Below are positions 1 through 11,758 of a stretch of DNA of 64,000 nucleotides, piece after piece; position 1 is the first letter of the stretch; each line of letters starts with the position of its first letter. The position numbers and the translations under genes are program-made. Below the pieces are notes generated by a model that did no database searches, was not told the origin of the DNA, and worked only from the letters and a program-made list of their open reading frames with translations. Source of the DNA: Blastocladiella emersonii ATCC 22665 (lineage: Eukaryota; Fungi; Blastocladiomycota); assembly GCA_025594325.1 (NCBI GenBank), contig JANHCV010000014.1:558001-622000 (forward strand), read 5' to 3'.

Positions 1-2180
1 CACCGTCAATGGCGCCATCCGGGACGGCCTTGAAGAATTCAAGCGAGAGCTTGTCATGCGCCCCAAGGCGATGATACATGTCAAGCACATATTGCAAGTC
101 CGCTTGGAGGAGAATCTTCACCAGTCGGAGCGTTGGCGACCGCTCATAGTGCTTGCAACTGCAAGGGGGAGGGACAAAGACGCCCATGTCCCGGTCAATC
201 ACCTCGATTAGCGCGTAACTTGACTGCCATTGCGAGAGCATGCCTTCGAGTTGTGAGACTGCGACGGGCGGAAGTCGTGACGCCCAGCCGGGTGCAGGGC
301 CGTCCAGCGCAACGAGCTTCGAGAGCGCCTGGTAAAATGGCTTCTGAAAAGTGAGCAAACAGGACGTGCAAGCTGCTCGGCCGCTCCCGTTGCTTAGAAG
401 CTTTGTGAAGGGCAGTCCCCGCCGCCGGGCTATTGAATCACTCCAGCAGCGAAACTCGTTGGCCAAGGCCATGAGAAGCAAAGCGGTATAGGCCAGCGCA
501 GTTCCCGTTTCGCGGATATGGTCAATCGCCATGCTTTGCAGGCTGGGGTAGAAGAGACAGACGACCGGGATCCAGTACAGATCGGAGAAATACTTTTCCA
601 AGCAGCGGGGAGATGCCTTGGAAAGAAAGGAGGTTGCGAGCAGAAACTGGGGGCGCTGGGTTCGAAAGACACCGTAAGGGAGAAAAAGCCATTGGAAAAC
701 CCGCTGAACATCCGCCGGGACGGTGTCCTGCTCAACAAAGATGTCGACAAGGACGTCGGCAAGTTCCGAGTACAATTGAAGCACGCGCTCCGACGTCAGG
801 TACTCGTGGGTGCGGCGTACGATCGCGATTGCCGGGTTTTCACGCGGCGGCCCACCGCCGGATATCGCGTGTTGGAACTCTACATGTACCGGGCGTAGTG
901 AATTTACGTTGAGGAGCGGGTGTGATGAAGTGCTCAGACGCACCCTGCGCAATCAAATCGTCGAATTGCTCGCCAAGTCGGCCGACCAAAAGCTGGAAAT
1001 GTTCGGCCAGATGCGACTCATCTGGCTTTCGGAACAGCAGTCACTGGTTGTGCAACCAGTACTCTTCACCGAGAGAGCTGCAATCAGAAAGTATAGCAAG
1101 CGACTCTTCGATTCCTGGGCGAACGGTCCACCGTGCTAGGGCCTGCTGCGTGACGCCAAGCCTGCCGGCATGCGTGCATTGCGCGATCGCGTACTCTGGA
1201 TAACGTTCAAGAAAGTACACGAGCAGCTTGGGCGAGGAATGGTTGGCCAAGTGAACCGCAAGCGGGAAGCCGCCCAAGCCGTGGGTAGCGAACGCGCTCC
1301 AGCCGCTCATAATCAGCCAATCGAGGACCTGGCAGGTACTTTCCATATGGTCACCAGCGTTCGGAAGATGGACGCAAAGGAGGAGCTCGGCCACGGAAGG
1401 GTCTTGCACCTTCTGCCAGAGATGAATCGAATCGCAACCAAAGCGGACATCGAGTGCAATGCTGAAGACGCGCATGTCCCAAAGACACAGGCCGAGAAAG
1501 GCCAGGACATCTGCGATGCGGGGTTCCGGCGAAAGGCAGCGTACGATGCCGAGATTGTTCCCTTGGCACCAGTCGGAGACAGAATAGCTCAGCTCAGCCC
1601 AAGTTGCCCAAGGGAGCCGAAGCTGCAGGAGCTTAGGCGCACGTTCGAAAGTGTCGTAAAGAACTGAGGAAAGAGCACTTGCACTGCCGTAACGCGCAAG
1701 CCCCAGCAAGATTTGGAGCTGTGCGTGCACGGGGTACCAATAAACTGGGTAGAGGTAGGCGTCGATGTGGTTGAGTGACAAACGAAGCAGCTCGGATGCC
1801 TCGTCTGGTTCGTCAGGGAGTAGGCGGAGGTGCGGCTGCATGGCCTCCAGAAGCGACTTGGAAGTGGCGTCGAGTAGAGAGACTATCGAGTAGTTGGACA
1901 GAAGCAGCTCGTTACCAGGCACGAGGAGTACCGTGGCAGGGGTGTTGAGAACAAGCGGACTTGGAGCGAGCCTGTTTACGGCAATTGCCATGAGAAGACG
2001 AGCAATCCAACCGCGCCTGACGCAAAAGTGGCGAGTCGTCGCGGAGAGGTGACGCGTCGAGACGACGAGGTTCGTTCGTGGCGCGGCGAGTTCCAAAATA
2101 AGCAAGAGTGGTTCAAGTGGCAGGTCTCCAAGGCTCGGAGCGAGTGATTGCATCAAGTTTTCATTAGATTCCATTGTCAT
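1..2180 (-). pseudogene. F-box-like helical superfamily member A1, premature stop, 3' end runs off the window
   Basis: Starts MTMESNENLMQSLAPSLGDLPLEPLLLILELAAPR. In-frame TGA at 1041-1043, after which homology to A2/A4 continues (AEHFQLLVGRLGEQF). Intron 943-880 (GTGCGT..GTAG, phase 1) splices in frame to a C-terminal half matching A4: RPQFLLATSFLS, GRAACTSC, PPCSCK, LSLEFFKAVPDGAIDG. Confidence 0.8.
2148..2165 (-). promoter_or_regulatory. Start-proximal 18-nt motif (A1)
   Basis: AATGAAAACTTGATGCAA on the minus strand. Confidence 0.5.
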
Positions 2181-2726
2181 TAAGCTCTGTACGAGTCGGC
2201 ATCCGTCGGTCGAGCCGCCGCACATGGCCTCGAGCAAACAGGCGTGCGCCACAGGAGCGAGATCAGGTGAGTGTGGCGTCTCGCGTCTCACACTGTCTCG
2301 CGGCGGTTCCCAGCTCTCCTGTCCGAACGACGAAGTCGTCAGCCCGAAACAAACCATCAAATTCTATTGTGCAGCGGGAAATGCAGCTGATGCAACGTCA
2401 CTCGAGTGAAAAATGCTTGCTGCTCAGGAGAAACTGCCACGCCCGGGGGGCGAGTCGAGCCATCTCCTGCGCGATTTCGGCCAGCGAGTGGCCTCGTTCC
2501 TTGAGCCCGTCGACGGTAGATTTAAGCTTGAATATGTCGCAAGCGCCTTCGAGCACGCTGTCAGGCAGTGCCCGAAAGAATTCAAGCGGCAACGCCTTGT
2601 ACAGCCCAGTATCCATAAACATGCCGAGCAGCTCCTTGTCATTGAAGCGCAGGAGGGTGGTGATGAACGATAAGCGAGGGTAAGTGATCGAGAAGCCGCA
2701 ATTGCATTCAGCCGAACGTGACATGA

Positions 2727-3659
2727 TCTCTTACTTAACGGAGCTCGGTCCTGATTAATTGCTCATACAATGGGTATCACAGTGCATTGCGGTGAACGGC
2801 CAGCCAGGAAAAAAACTCCGACTTTTCCCCGCCCGTGCGTTCAAGCCACGCGGCTCATCTCGGACCCGCGCGCCGGTCACTCCACGTGTGCGAGGCGGCC
2901 CGCTCTCTCGCCTTCGCCTCGAGCGGCAGACCCGCAAGAAGCACGTCGTCCCTCGCCCGCTCCCTCTCTCTCTCCCAGAACCGGTCGAAGCTGGGCGGAC
3001 TCTCATGTAACTCTTGGCAAGGCAGTGGACGCTGCTGCACCGCGCACCGTGACGGCGGCCAACCTGCGGCTCAGGGCGGTGGGACCGCACCTGGGACCGC
3101 GCCAACTCCCGCCGATCCCGCGTCCTGTCACCGTTTGCGGAATCACTGCTTAGCTGCACGGCGTTCGTCAACCCAGGCGTGCGTGCGAACCTCATCTGCT
3201 GCGTGCGACCGCGCCACGAGTCCCGCGCTCAGGATTCAGTTTGACGCGGGCGCAGCTCACGATGGCCGCGCAGCGACAGGGGAGGGGTCCAGGGGGGAGG
3301 GTCTCCCTCCCTCCGGCTCTCAGAGAAGTCCGCTTGATTCTCCGTGAGATGCGCTTAGTGGGCTGACTTCGAAGCAAGGTGGAACCGTGTGCGCGTCGCA
3401 TAGACTGGGTCTGCAACCAACCGCGTACGCCCAAGGTGTCCAATGCCCTCACAGATTTCACGGGCGAGTGTGCGACACGCTCATGCAGCAGAGTCATTGC
3501 TGATTTATGTGCGGTGCGCGATGCCATTCATAGACGAGATGCGCTGCGAGTACAGAATCCGTCGTCGGACACTCTGTGTGGTGAGGAACTGAGAGTTTAT
3601 GACTTTTGCCTCGCGAAGGGTTCCCACAGGCGGCCTGTGGCCGGCCACGGAGCTGCTAG
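2727..3659 (+). mobile_element. Non-autonomous Helitron-like element (933 bp) inserted in A2
   Basis: Begins TCTCTTACTTAA after an A (2726) and ends CTAG before a T (3660). GC-rich palindrome CC(T)GTGGCCGGCCACGG at 3634-3650, 9 nt from the 3' end. No TIR or coding capacity. Removing 2727-3659 restores the host frame without a stop (LSTW-I-MSRSAECNCG). Confidence 0.7.
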
Positions 3660-5545
3660 TCCAAGTCGAAAGCTCGTTGGAGTTGAAGAAGTAGCACCCA
3701 AGCTCTTCACCCATCTCGTAAGGAAGTCGCTTGAACGAATGCGGGCCCGGCCCGGCAAGCTCAATCAGCTCGCGCAGGGTTTCGAAAAAGGGCGTCTGCT
3801 CCGCAAGCGCGCACTTGTCGCAGGTGTTACCCCGCTCGCCCAGCTGCAGAACGTGGTAGACAGGTTCGGAAATCGCAGCCAGACAAAGCAAGGACAAAAA
3901 TTTGGTCACCGTGCACGAGGAGCGAATCAAGTCCTCGGCGAAATCGTGCGTGCCTGGATCGCGAAGCACAGCAACGGGAAGCCAAGCAAGTGTTGCTTCA
4001 TAAGAGCCTTGGAGTGAGGTTTTCCTGCGAATAAACGCATTGAGAAGCCGGAATCGGATCCACTGCGAAATGAGATTGTCCTCTTCAAAGAGCGAGTAGA
4101 GGTCGGTCGCGTCGTTGATCACGCGGGGGCAGGACCTTGCCAAAGCATCGGCAAACTTGTCCACAAGGCTGTCGATGCGATCGTGAAAGTACCGCTCGGC
4201 GCAATGAACAGCGAGTTGCGCCGCGGCAATGTTGCCAGGCTTTAGCCTTGTTTGAAATTCTACCGGGAACGGCGAGGCGATGAGTTAGACCAAACTGCAG
4301 ACGGACCAGCGAATGAGCTCGGGCAACGCAAATCGAACGAACCTTGAACGAAAACAGCTTCGAAGCGGTCACCAAGCTGCGCGGCAACAAGCTGGAACTG
4401 GGCCGCCAAGTCCACAGCGTCGCCGCTGATGTCAATGAGGTTTCGAAGACTCAACAGCCAAAATTCCTCGTCGAGAAGGCCAAGCTCGGCCAGCTCAGCG
4501 AGCGATTCCTCGAGCCCGGGACAAAGCAACCACCGCTGCTTGGCTTGCTGCAACACGAGACCGCGATCAGCAAATGGGATCTGCGCATACTCGGGATAGT
4601 TTTACAAGAAGTAAACGAGAAGATCGGGGGAAGGATATGCGCACAGACAAAGAACAAGAGGCGTCCCATCAAAGTGTTGAGTTGCTACGTGGTTCCAACA
4701 ATGCTCCAGGAGCCAGTCCAACTGGTCGATCGCGTCGTCCAGATCAAGGCCAGCACGGCCCAGCTGATGCAGCAAGTGCTTTGCGACCGCCGGCTTCGTA
4801 AGATTCTTCCAAAGCTGGGTTGCGTCGAGACCGAAGCGCAAATCGGTGACCAAATCAAGGACGTCTAGCTTGTACATGAATAGCGCCAGGTGAATGAGGA
4901 CGTCCGCAAGCGTAGGGTCGTGTGACATGCGGCGGAGGCTCGCGACGAGCCCGAAGCGATGAAGTACTGGTAAACCTCCCAGTTGAGCTCGCCCCACGTC
5001 ATCCACGGCAAACGGATTTGGAAAAGGAGCGGTGCTTGCGCAAATGCGCGTTCGAGGACATGGGACAGCGCCGTTGCGGTTCCGGCACGCGCGAGCCCGA
5101 GAAGAATTTGAAGAAGCGTGTGCAAGGGAAGGCCGAAGCCGGTGTGAATCCGGCGCGAGTCCACGAGTGTGAGCGCCTTGCGAAGGGTCACCGACGCACG
5201 CGGCTTGTTTCCGTCAAAGTCATGAAGCGACGGTGAGATGACATCAAGAAGAGAGTGAGAAGCAGCAAGAATGAGGTGCTCGATGTCGTCAAAACGCAGG
5301 ATGCGGTTACCCACACAGGCCAGAGCGTTTCGTGGGAGCGACAGGTAGCTCTGCCCTTCAAAGTCACAGAGAACGTATCCGAACAAGTAGAGCTTCCGGA
5401 TTATCCATGCACGTGCAAGATGCGGCTGTCGGGCCACCTCGACAAAGGCGCGAGTAGCGAGGACGACGGCCAGTCGAGGTGTGGCGAGTCGCAGCACTTT
5501 GGCCCGGGCCTCGGCAGGAAGGTTTAGGAAGGACGGCCTGGTGCA

Positions 5546-5561
5546 TTGCATGTGGTTCATT
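5546..5561 (-). promoter_or_regulatory. Start-proximal motif variant (A2)
   Basis: AATGAACCACATGCAA. Confidence 0.4.
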
Positions 5562-5775
5562 GTGGTTTCCATTGGTATTGACTGCTCCATGTTGATTTCG
5601 GCGGCGAGGCGCTCCGAACTTGACGGCGACGAGCTTGGTCGGTCCGTCAGCTTGCGCCACTCACGAGATGGCCATGGGTGTGGCGCAACGCGTTCTGAAC
5701 CGTCTGCGAGTGACGAAACCATGAAGCAAGTAGTATTACAGCTAGAGATGTATGTGTGATAAATTTTGACGGAAT

Positions 5776-7070
5776 TTACTCGGAGGAGAACCCGCTCGAG
5801 GCCGACAGCGACGGCTCGTTCTTCACTTCAACTGCGAGCTTGCAGAGCTCGCTCAGGCACACGTCGTACAGCAGCTCCCACAGCAGGTCCGTCTCGACGA
5901 CGCCCTGCGGGATACCGCGCCCGTGGTACAGCTTGCGGCCCATGTCCTCGCGCAGCACCTGGGTCATGTAAAACTCGATGAACGCGGGCGGAAGGCGAAC
6001 CCGCTCCATCGCGAGCGTGATGAGCTGCGGCGGGACCGAAAATAGCGCTGTGTTCTTGGTCAAAAAGCATGGTCAAAGCGATTTTGCGCGACCGCCGAGG
6101 CAGAATTTGCTGGTCTCGCCCTTGACGGCTTTCACCGCGAGCCACGACACATGAATGTAGCGGGGCTCTGCGTCGAGGACCGCCTTGAGAGCCGTCGCGC
6201 CGCGCAGTACGTTGTGCGCAGCCAGCGTCGCGCGGATCCGACCGACGAGAATCTTCATGAGCAGCGACGCGGCCGCGGAAAGCAGCGTGTTGGAGCGAAA
6301 GCGGTCGACGGGCACGGCGCCGGGGAGCACGACGTACGAAAGGTCCCGCTCAGCGGGCGAAGGCAAGGTGCCCGTGCGCAGGCAGAGTCCAAGAAAGTCG
6401 CAGAGGACTGATGCAGCCGCATCGCCTGCATTCGCAAAGAGCTGCGTCGCAAGATCAGTCGCCTCGGGTCCGCTGTTCATCGCGAGGGTGAGCTCTTCAA
6501 ACGTGGGCGCCGACATCAGATCGCTCCAGATAACAGCCGAAACGTGATCAAGCGGAGCGAACGCGCGGACCCATGGATCTGAGAGCGAAAGGTACCCGTC
6601 AACGTCGAAAAGCGGATCGGCAGCGTATGCGTGAATCCAGGTGCGCGCAAACTGGACGGGAGGACGCTCATTACGGGGCAGCAGAAGCGACCCTTTGCGG
6701 GTCACCGTTTTGCCAAAGTAGACAAGGCCGTACAAGTAAGGGTCTTTGGAAACCTTGTCAATAAATTACGCCGCTCGGGTTTTTTGGTTTTGTGAACGAA
6801 GTGCGTGTAGTAGAGCACGAGGACCGCCGTCTCGGGGCGCGCTTCAAGGAGCGCAAGGAGAGCGGCAACCTTGGCGGGCTTGGTTTCCCGGTCAGCAAGA
6901 CCGCCAACGTCCTGGATCACGATATCCATGCGGGCCGAAGGCTTGGCTTGCCGAGCGGTCGGCGACGAGCGAGACTGGGTCGGCGCCGACTCGGCGCCGG
7001 CGGCATTGGGCTCAGGGCCGTCCAAGAATTCCGGGCAGTTTGCATCAAGTTTAGTGCATTCGTTTTCCAT
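5776..7070 (-). mobile_element. Degenerate non-LTR retrotransposon (LINE-type APE endonuclease + RT subdomains ~0-4) remnant
   Basis: IVIQDVGGL..K..LLALL..VLVLYYTHF resembles an APE N-terminus (NVxGL..LQETH). PTFEEL..LCDFLGLCLRTGTLP..FRSNTLLS..LLMKILVGRI, ALFSVP..RVRLPPAFIEF and GRGIPQG..LLWELLYD resemble RT subdomains. Frameshifts near 6740 and 6070; no YADD. Confidence 0.65.
7040..7060 (-). promoter_or_regulatory. Start-proximal motif variant (LINE remnant)
   Basis: AATGCACTAAACTTGATGCAA. Confidence 0.45.
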
Positions 7071-7504
7071 GGCGGTATGTCTAGCGAGGGCGAGTAAGGG
7101 AGCGAGGATTCAAGCGCCAGCTCGAGCGCCACAATGGTTGGCTTCGAGGTCCGTCACATGATAGTTTGACGCGTTAGACGCCGCGCGGCCGCCGCGAGTC
7201 AAGTTCCCGCAACGAGTTTCCTTGCCCCCACACATGCAGGGGCAAACGCAGGTTGCACATACCTGCTCTCCCAAACCTCGTGTAACTCTAGACGGAGAGC
7301 ACCGCTGCGTTGCTCAGCAGGGACGATAGCGCAAGGCTCGCGTCAACGCCACCAACTCGTGGCACGAGCGCCTTGTGAGCTATCCTCGGCATCGACCGTT
7401 TCCTCGAACCCCACTCGGTGCCCATAACGCTCGAAAATGATGTGCAGTGTATGCCAAGTAGTGCATGTCCTGTGTTCCTCCTCTGCTTCACTTCCTCACC
7501 CACT

Positions 7505-8725
7505 TCACCGCTGCTGCTGGCGCACACACTCGTCGAACGCGGGAGGGAACGCGAACCCGCACTGCCCGCGGAGCGACGGCTGCGGCGCGCAGACGGCGTA
7601 GCGGAGGTGGCAGGTATCGCGTGGCCCGTTCGGCGTGCGGCAGTCCATGGGGAAGAAGTCGTCGGGCCCGACGCAGTAGAAGGGGTTGCACGGGGCGCGC
7701 TTGCACGGGTTCGGGACGGGCGTGGGTGTCGCGGTCGGGCGGGACGAGGTGGTGCTTGTGGTCGGGCGGGCGGTGGTGGCCGTCGGGCGGGCCGAGGTTG
7801 TGGTGCTGGTGGTGGTGCGGCGCGTGGATGAGGTGGACGCGGGGCGCGACGAGGTCGAGGTCGAGGTCGGGCGAGGCGGCGGGACAATCACGATGGTGCC
7901 GGCGACGTCGCCGCCGGCGTCCGTGGTCGGGGTCTCGCCCTCGCAGTCGGCGGTCTTGGTCGGCGGCGCGTACGCCATCGTGGTAGTCGTGGACTCGGTG
8001 CAGTCCTCGGTCGCCGAGGTGGCGGCGCTGCTACTACTGCTCGCGGTGACGCCGGCGACCTGGATCTCGGCGTTGGCGAAGCTGTCGTTGTCCGAGCTCT
8101 TGATGCAGCCCGTCTCAGCTACACACGCACACACCCGGGTCAGTCTCCGCTCTCGGACCGCGCGCAGCGAGCGAGCGGGAAACGTACTCCATCGACACTG
8201 CTGGTCCCACCAGATCCACTGACACGTAGTCGTCGACGCGGACCCGACGGGGCACGCCGTGGGCTCGCGGGCGGCGCCGCACGCGTCGGCGGGGCACTCG
8301 AACGGGCACGCGCTCTGGACTACACACGCTCACCCAGCGTCAGTGTTCCCTTCCTCACAAACCCGTGAGAACGTACCGCGCTGACACGCCCCACCGCGGC
8401 GGATACACACGGGCTTGCTGACGGTCTTGCCGTCGTTGCACAGCTTGACGGACTCGCGCTCGGCGCCATCCCCATCAGGACAGGCGCACGTCAAGTCGTC
8501 GAACGGCACGCACAGGCCGAGGTCGGCGCCGAACATGGAGAAGGTGTCGCAGCGGTAGCCGGCGGGGCACGCGGACGCGTCGCAGGTCGGGGCGACGCCG
8601 ATCAGGAGGTCCGAGGCCGCGGAGGCGACGACGGCGAGCGGGTTGGTGTTGGTCGAGAGCGGCGCGGGGTGCGCCGTAGCGGCGAGGGCGAGGGCCGCGA
8701 GGATGACGAGGAGGGGTTGCTTCAT
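7505..8725 (-). CDS. Secreted Cys-rich protein with Ser/Thr/Pro-rich stalk (364 aa, 3 exons)
   Basis: Signal-peptide-like MKQPLLVILAALALAATAHP. Introns 8376-8320 and 8187-8119 (GTACGT..TAG) give 1095 nt in frame. Cys clusters flank a TTTS/RPT-rich linker. Confidence 0.8.
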
Positions 8726-9164
8726 GGTGATCTAGTGGTAGTCTCTTGCAGCGAGTTCTATCAGTCTTGCTTAGGGGGGACGAGAGCAAGGGTGCGCGGG
8801 GGCTCGGCCGCACCAAGTAGGCGCGCCGTGGCAGGCCGACTTGCCCAAACCGCGCTGAGCGCTCGGCGCCGCCTTCTTGTTTCCGCACGCGCGCGCTCGC
8901 TTGTTCTCTGGGCGCGTCGTGACGCGTCGCCGGCAGGTGCGAGACGTGCGAGACGCGCCGCGCCACGGTCCGCGTGACCGGTCAGTCGGGGATCGGCCGC
9001 GGTGACGGGGGCGGCGGGCGGCGCACGTGCGGCCTTTGACGCGCGGCAGAGTGCGTGGCGCCGCTTCTCGTCTTTTGTGAGATGCTCCTAGTCTTGGCGC
9101 TCATCGGAACTCTCTCTCCCCTCCCCATCACTGTCCATTGCAACGCATCAACAACCCTTGAACC

Positions 9165-10088
9165 ATGGCCGGCCCGCCTCCACCACCCCCGCCGCCGCCG
9201 CCTCCCCCGATGGGCGGCGGCCCGCCCCCGCCTCCTCCACCGCCCATGTCCTCCTCCGGCCCACCCGCTGGCGGCGGCGGTGGCGGGCGCAACGCCCTCC
9301 TCGCGTCCATCCAGCAAGGCGCCAAGCTCAAGAAGACCGTGACCAACGACCGCTCGACGCCGCTCGTCTCGCCGCCGTCGTCCGCCTCGTCGACCCCCGC
9401 CCCGTCGCGCGCCGCCGGTCCCGGTGGCCCCGCCGCTGCCCCCTCGGGCCCTCCCGGCGGTGGAATGATGAACATGGGCGCGCTCCTCGCGGGCGTGCAG
9501 CTGCGCAAAACCGGCGCGTCGTCGGCCAACGCCGCGCCCGCCGTCGCGCCGAGCGTCCCCGCGGGTCTCCTGCGCAAGTCGGCGACGGCCGGGCCGGGCA
9601 CCGCGTCGCCTGCGCTCTCGGCTTCCGCCAACGGTGGTGGCCCGCCAGCGCGGACGCCGCCGCCGCCGAGTCCCGTCGCCCCCGCGCCGCCGCTCGGTGT
9701 GCCCGGTATGCCGCTGCGCAAGGTGCCGAGCATGCCGAACACGAACGCCATCGGGTCCTCGACGCCCGCGCGGCCCAACGTCGCTCCACCCCCTCCCCCG
9801 CCAACGACCCCGCCATCGACGGGCGCGACGTCGCCGCCCGGCCGCCGCGCTCCGCCTCCGCCCGCGGCTCGCCGAGGTGCGCCGCCGCCGCCGCCTCCGA
9901 CACGCCGCGCGGGTCCGCCGCCGCCTCCACCCGCGGCGGGGCCGAGCCGTGCACCGCCTGCGCCCATGGCTGCGCCACCAGTCCGTGCACCGCCCGCGCC
10001 CGCCACGCCCGTCGCGATTTCGTGGCCGAACGAGGCCGATTTCCCGCCGCCGCGGGCGTTCCGCGGGGTCGCGAAAGTCTACGTATGA
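9165..10088 (+). CDS. VRP1: Verprolin/WIP-family actin regulator (poly-Pro, WH2)
   Basis: N-terminal polyproline followed by the WH2 motif GRNALLASIQQGAKLKKTVTNDRSTP. C-terminal WPNEADFPPPRAF..KVY resembles the WIP WASP-binding segment. A short extra 3' exon after GTATGA at 10083 cannot be excluded. Confidence 0.85.
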   Translation: MAGPPPPPPPPPPPPMGGGPPPPPPPPMSSSGPPAGGGGGGRNALLASIQQGAKLKKTVTNDRSTPLVSPPSSASSTPAPSRAAGPGGPAAAPSGPPGGGMMNMGALLAGVQLRKTGASSANAAPAVAPSVPAGLLRKSATAGPGTASPALSASANGGGPPARTPPPPSPVAPAPPLGVPGMPLRKVPSMPNTNAIGSSTPARPNVAPPPPPPTTPPSTGATSPPGRRAPPPPAARRGAPPPPPPTRRAGPPPPPPAAGPSRAPPAPMAAPPVRAPPAPATPVAISWPNEADFPPPRAFRGVAKVYV

Positions 10089-10143
10089 GCCGGTGATGAT
10101 GTGGAATCAATATATATCATTTATCAAAACCCCGTCGCTCAAC

Positions 10144-11758
10144 TCAAACCTTGCCGCCGTCGACATCCATCGCATCCCCGTCCGCGTCCGCCGAGTGGTC
10201 GTGGTCGTAGACGCGCCCGACGGCCTTCTCGCCATTCACGCTCGGGTCCGCGAGCTCGGCGTCGTTGACGCGGATCGCGTCGCGCATGGCCTCCCCCACA
10301 CGCACGTCCGGGTCCTGGTTCTCGGCCGCGATCTTGGCGGGATCCTCGGCGTCGGGGTCGTACGGCACGGGCTGCATCTGCACGCTGGGCGCGTGCTGGA
10401 GGTGGCGGAGGTTATCGAATATCCGTGCCTTGATCTTGTCGAGGTACTCGGTCGAGTTGAGGTTCTCCATGTTGGACGCGGGCACGTCGAGCTGGTACTC
10501 TGGCCCAAAGTACTCGTAGTAGTCGTTGAAGGGGAGGTTGGCGTCGAGCGGCTTACCCAGGGCGACGCTGGTCTCGTAGGTCCAGGTGCGGCACACGTTC
10601 TTGATCGTGTACCCGCCGCCGCCGAGCATGAGGACGGGGAGGCCGAGCGATTTCACGAACCGGACGCAGTTGCCGTGACCCGCCATGCTGAGGTTGAACC
10701 GGCCCAGGCGGTCGCCCGCGAGCGAGTCGGCGCCGCACTGCAGCACGATCACCTCGGGCCGGTACCAGTCGACGACCTGCTGGATGACCGGCTCGAAGAT
10801 GGACTTGTACGTGTCGTCGTCGATGCCGTCGCGCAGCGGGAAGTTGAGCGCGTAGTATTTCCCCTGGGACGCGCCGATATCGCGGAGGTCGCCGGTGCCC
10901 GGGAAGAACTCGCCAAACTTGTGGAACGAGACGGTCATGACGCGGTCGGTGGTGTAGAAGGCCTCCTCGACGCCGTCGCCGTGGTGCACGTCAATGTCAA
11001 TGTACAGCACGCGCTTGTGGTGGCGCAGCAGCTCGAGGATGCCCAGCACAATGTCGTTGACGTAGCAGAAGCCCGACGCCTCGGATTTCTTGGCGTGGTG
11101 CAGACCGCCCGCCCAGTTGATGGCGATGTCGCACTCGCCGCGGTTCAGGCGCGCGGCTCCTTCTGTGGGATCGGTCGGGGGTGTGAGTGCTGTTTCGAGC
11201 GGTGGGTGCGGCGGGAGAGAGCGGGGCGTACCGAGCGAGCCGCCCGAGGAAATGGAGCTGTAGTCGAAGAGCCCGTCGAACACGGGGCAATCGTCGCCGA
11301 CGTTGACTAGACACACACGAGGGTTAGCGCGCGCGGACTCGATCCGACGGAAGAAACGTACACTTGGCGGCCTGCTTGGCGTACGTGTCCATGTTGTCGG
11401 GGGTGACGCGGTACAGGAAATCGATGTACTCGTCCGTGTGGAACCGCGTGATCTCCTCCTTGGTCGCGGGTTTCGGGCGCTACACGGGCGCGCGGGCGTG
11501 TCAGCGGTGCTCCAACACTCGAAAGCGAGCCGAGCAGCGTACGTAAATGGACATGTGCTTGTACAGGCCGTAGTTCATGATGAGCGAGTGGGTCATGTGG
11601 ATCCGGTGCGGCTTCATCGGGTGGCCCGGCGCGTAGTGGTAGTTGCCCACATCGGCTACACCCAAAAAGTGTCAGGCTCGTCCCTGGACGACGCGGCAAC
11701 GGCATGGCGAGAGCATACGGTCGTAGTAGTATGCGACGACGGGCTTGCTGCTGCTCAT
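10144..11758 (-). CDS. RPD3: Class I histone deacetylase, RPD3/HDAC1-2 type (454 aa, 5 exons)
   Basis: Motifs [69 protein letters not shown]. Introns 11718-11656, 11542-11480, 11361-11307 and 11231-11163 give 1365 nt in frame. Confidence 0.96.

Larger units (their letters stand above)
2398..5590 (-). pseudogene. F-box-like helical superfamily member A2, multiply disrupted
   Basis: N-terminus MEQSIPMETTMNHMQ..FLNLPAEARAKVLRLATPRLAVVLATRAF. Frameshift near 4960, in-frame TAA 4602-4604, phase-1 intron 4342-4260 (GTTCGT..CTAAC..GTAG), 933-bp insertion 2727-3659. The C-terminus (ECNCG..LPLEFFRALPDSVLEG) aligns with A4. Confidence 0.8.

Noticed and set aside
2738-3654. 8-bp direct repeat ACGGAGCT (2738-2745, 3647-3654) read as a hAT-type target-site duplication
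   Set aside because: No terminal inverted repeats, and excision at these points leaves an in-frame TAA. The TC..CTAG boundaries restore a stop-free frame.
9128-11310. Long antisense or alternate-frame ORFs over VRP1 and RPD3 (e.g. 9634-11310, 9128-10006), and similar ones over tyrosinase, MET22, the array and the PHD gene
   Set aside because: Shadow ORFs expected in very GC-rich coding DNA; Arg/Gly/Pro-rich with no motifs.
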